Shown here in pieces: positions 61,076-64,000 of a stretch of DNA of 64,000 nucleotides. The stretch's first letter is position 1; each line of letters starts with the position of its first letter. This DNA comes from Spirochaetia bacterium (GTDB taxonomy: Bacteria; Spirochaetota; Spirochaetia; Treponematales; Treponemataceae), in contig CAAGBC010000049.1 of assembly GCA_900767955.1 (NCBI GenBank), forward strand, positions 14,992 through 78,991, in the 5' to 3' direction. Position numbers and translations under genes: made by a program. The notes under the pieces are model-generated. The model searched no databases. It was given only the letters and a program-made list of their open reading frames with translations, and was not told where the DNA came from.

Positions 61076-62009
61076 TGAGCGACAAATTGATAGAACAGTA
61101 TTAGGTGGTTCTCGCATAAATGCTAATGCAAAAATGAATATTTCTGTCATTATGTTAAATTCAAGCGGAAGTCAATTTAGAATTCAAACCATAGAAAAAT
61201 TATTGAATTGTGGATTTAAATCTATTGTTTCCTTTGAACCAGATTCTGACAACTTTAATATTGAAGATATTTCTCATAGATTTCCTGATGTTAAATTTGT
61301 TATTCCATTAGAAAAAGTTTCTACTGGTGATTTAATAAATATGGGAATGAGCGAAGTAGATTCAGAATATGTTTTAGTTATAAAAGATTCAATAAATGTT
61401 CCTGGTGGAATATTACTTCCAAATTTGGCAGAGCGTTTGACAAAAGATTCTGTTTATTGTGTTGTTCCTCGTTTGTTAAACTTTGAAAAACAAAGTATTC
61501 CTATTCAATTTGTTCCTTCTGCATTAAAAGGAAAATTCAGAGTAGATTCTTATTCTTATGTAGTAGACGGAATGCCAACTTTGTATCCTTTTGATTATGT
61601 GGGCCTGTATAATAGAGATAAGTTTATAAAACTTGGTGGATTTGATTATACAATTACAAATCCTTATTGGCAAAATTTAGATTTATCATTAAGAGCATGG
61701 TTGTGGGGCGAACGAATTCAATTATCAACGACTTTTCAATTAAGTTACACAACTGATGAGCCAATTGAAAATTATACTCCAGATTTGTCTTATTTAAGAT
61801 TTTATTTGAAGAATATTTTACCAAAATTTAAAGCAGACCATGGAGTTATTTCGCCACTTTCATTCTTTTTATTCATGATGAATTCTTCATGTGGTGTGAT
61901 TGAATCTATTAGACAATTTTCTGATGCAAAAAATTGGGTAGAAAAAAATAAATATAGATTTACTTGTGATGTTCAAAATCTTATAGAAATGTGGGAACAA
62001 AAACAATGA
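61050..62009 (+). CDS. Glycosyltransferase family 2-like protein
   Basis: ISVIMLNSSG N-terminal beta-strand motif and acidic D-x-D-like region. ATG at 61050 is preferred over the track's GTG at 61038. Stop overlaps the next start (ATGA). Confidence 0.45.
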   Translation: MNTIPLIFNERQIDRTVLGGSRINANAKMNISVIMLNSSGSQFRIQTIEKLLNCGFKSIVSFEPDSDNFNIEDISHRFPDVKFVIPLEKVSTGDLINMGMSEVDSEYVLVIKDSINVPGGILLPNLAERLTKDSVYCVVPRLLNFEKQSIPIQFVPSALKGKFRVDSYSYVVDGMPTLYPFDYVGLYNRDKFIKLGGFDYTITNPYWQNLDLSLRAWLWGERIQLSTTFQLSYTTDEPIENYTPDLSYLRFYLKNILPKFKADHGVISPLSFFLFMMNSSCGVIESIRQFSDAKNWVEKNKYRFTCDVQNLIEMWEQKQ

Positions 62010-64000
62010 AAACAGATATCGCCGTAATTGTTCAATGTAGAATCTCTTCAAAAAGACTCCCTGAAAAAGCATTAAAAATGTTGGGAGGAAGAACTGTTTT
62101 AGAATGGACGCTTTTATCAATGAGTAAGGTAAAAGCTGATAGATATTTTGTTGCAACAGATGAAAATTCTTATGAAACGCTAAAACCTATAGTTGAAAAA
62201 TGCGGTTGGGAAATTTTTGTTGGCCCACTAGATGATGTTTTAAAAAGATATTGTCTATTAATTGAAGAAATAAAATGCAAATATGTATTAAGAGCTACAG
62301 CTGATAATCCATTTTTGTTTTATGAAGCAGCCCAAACTTTGTGTGATGAATTTAAAAAACAAATGTCTATTTCTGCTTGTGATTATATGACTTGGACAGG
62401 TTTGCCTCATGGTTCTGGTGTAGAAATTTTTAATGCAAATTCATTATTAAAAGCAGAAAAACTTACTTCAGAACCTTTTGATAGGGAACATGTGGGCCCT
62501 GCGTTGTATAATCATAAAACAAAATTTACTTCATTATTTTATAAAGCACCGTCTCGTTTTTATTTTCCAGAATACAGAACAACAATTGATACGCCTGCAG
62601 ACTATAGAAGGGCTTTGTCTGTAATAAATTGTTTGTCAGATAAAATGTTACCAAATGAACCTTTTACAACGGAACAAATTCTTTCTGCTGTAAAAAATCC
62701 ATCTGTAAAAGACACAATTTTATTTTTTCCTTGTGTAAAAAAAGGTTTCGGAACTGGTCATTTAAGAAGATGTTTGGCAGCGGCTATAAAAATTGGTGCG
62801 TTTGTTTATATTCCAAAAGACACTGAACTTGAAGAAACAAATCAATTAATAGAAGATTTTATTCAACGAGGATTAAAAGAATATCAGATTGTAAATGATT
62901 TTCCGCAAAATAATGAATATTCTGTAATCGTAACTGATTATTTTTCATTGGATTTAAAAATTGTTCAGGATTTAAGTAAAATTGCGCCAGTAATTGCAAT
63001 TGATGAAGGTTCTGAATATTCTGATTGGTGCGATTATTTGTTAGATATTATTCCTTCAATGGAATTAAAACGAATGTCTAATTATACAGAGCCAGATTTT
63101 ATAGAAAAACCAAAAAACAAAAAAAATGAATCAATAGTTCAAAATGATTTTGTAAATATTTTGGTGTGCCTTGGTGGCGAAGACCCTGCGGGGCTTACAG
63201 TTCCTGCTGCAATGGCTTTTGCTTCAGAAAAAAATAAAATTACAGCTATTGTTTCAAAAATTGATTCAATTCAAGAATGTCACAAAAAAGAAAATATAAA
63301 TTATATTCCTCCTGTCTACAATTTGAGAGAAGAATTATACAAATATGATTTAGTTGTAACACATTACGGTTTGACAGCTTATGAAGCAATGAGCGCTGGT
63401 TGTGCTGTAATTTTGCTTGCTACAACAAAACTTCATGGTCAGTTGGCTCACAAATATGGATTTGAATGGCTTTCTAAAAAACAGTTGGAAGAACAAAATG
63501 TCCACGAAATTTTACAAAAGTCAAAAAAATTATATCCATCTTTGTTAATTAAAAGAGAAACTAAACCTTTGGGGAATTTTATTAAGGAATTGTCTCATAG
63601 TTCCAGATATGAATGTCCTGTTTGCAAAAATCAAAAAGAGCAACCAGATGAAATAATTTCAAGAACAAAGACAAAAACTTATAGACGATGTTCTACTTGT
63701 GGAATTATTTATATGTCTTGGAGTTCCGAACCTGAAACAACTTATGAAAAGCAATATTTTTCGGAACAATACAAAAAACAGTACGGAAAAACTTATTTAG
63801 AAGATTTTGATTTTATCAAAAAGAATTCTGTTCATCGTGTTATGGAAATAAATTCTGCTCTTAGAATTGCTAATGACTACAAGCCTTCAGTTCTTGATAT
63901 TGGTTGTGCTTATGGTCCATTTTTATCAGCAGCAAATGATATGGGATGGCAAGTTTTTGGAACTGATATTGCAAAAGATGCAATTGAATATGTTCAGTCA
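62006..64000 (+). CDS. Partial tri-domain fusion protein: CMP-nonulosonate cytidylyltransferase-like + PseG-like UDP-sugar hydrolase + C-terminal zinc-ribbon/SAM methyltransferase (runs off window)
   Basis: Frame is open from ATG 62006 to the window end and is not in the ORF track because it has no stop. Domain evidence: IVQCRISSKRLPEKAL (CTP_transf_3-like), GFGTGHLRRC (PseG-type G-x-GH-x-x-R), CPVCK...CSTCG zinc ribbon, and the VLDIGCAYGPF SAM motif. Confidence 0.6.
   Translation, partial: MKTDIAVIVQCRISSKRLPEKALKMLGGRTVLEWTLLSMSKVKADRYFVATDENSYETLKPIVEKCGWEIFVGPLDDVLKRYCLLIEEIKCKYVLRATADNPFLFYEAAQTLCDEFKKQMSISACDYMTWTGLPHGSGVEIFNANSLLKAEKLTSEPFDREHVGPALYNHKTKFTSLFYKAPSRFYFPEYRTTIDTPADYRRALSVINCLSDKMLPNEPFTTEQILSAVKNPSVKDTILFFPCVKKGFGTGHLRRCLAAAIKIGAFVYIPKDTELEETNQLIEDFIQRGLKEYQIVNDFPQNNEYSVIVTDYFSLDLKIVQDLSKIAPVIAIDEGSEYSDWCDYLLDIIPSMELKRMSNYTEPDFIEKPKNKKNESIVQNDFVNILVCLGGEDPAGLTVPAAMAFASEKNKITAIVSKIDSIQECHKKENINYIPPVYNLREELYKYDLVVTHYGLTAYEAMSAGCAVILLATTKLHGQLAHKYGFEWLSKKQLEEQNVHEILQKSKKLYPSLLIKRETKPLGNFIKELSHSSRYECPVCKNQKEQPDEIISRTKTKTYRRCSTCGIIYMSWSSEPETTYEKQYFSEQYKKQYGKTYLEDFDFIKKNSVHRVMEINSALRIANDYKPSVLDIGCAYGPFLSAANDMGWQVFGTDIAKDAIEYVQS

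Overview
This is a low-GC spirochete chromosomal segment, Treponema-like and most similar in organisation to oral treponemes such as T. denticola. It is mostly housekeeping genes: pckG, ackA, groEL with an unlinked groES, alaS, nusB, recG, dnaE, gltX, thrS, hslO, mutL, xseAB, rnhA, and tmRNA with its promoter. It also carries a methyl-accepting chemotaxis gene, several TPR proteins, an RsbU/STAS/RsbW-type partner-switching module, two tandem paralogous outer-membrane beta-barrel genes, and the start of a nonulosonic-acid-type sugar modification cluster at the 3' end. The standout is a complete diversity-generating retroelement (DGR) at about 100-5500. It comprises a large surface lipoprotein (TvpA-like) whose C-terminal variable region (VR, 2801-2922) differs from a downstream template repeat (TR, 4107-4228) almost only at TR adenines. 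An extra small ORF, an Avd-like accessory gene, and a reverse transcriptase with the DGR-typical LPIGNLTSQ and YVDD motifs lie between and after them. Around this retroelement are several unexplained structures: a (CAAT)9 tract upstream of the target gene, two tandem hairpins after the VR, a perfect 41-bp direct repeat bracketing the TR-RT unit, and inverted repeats plus a terminator hugging the TR. Elsewhere there is a textbook sigma-54 promoter directly upstream of an RpoS-like sigma gene, a ~30-nt motif shared by two leader regions, and a 17-bp perfect-stem hairpin.
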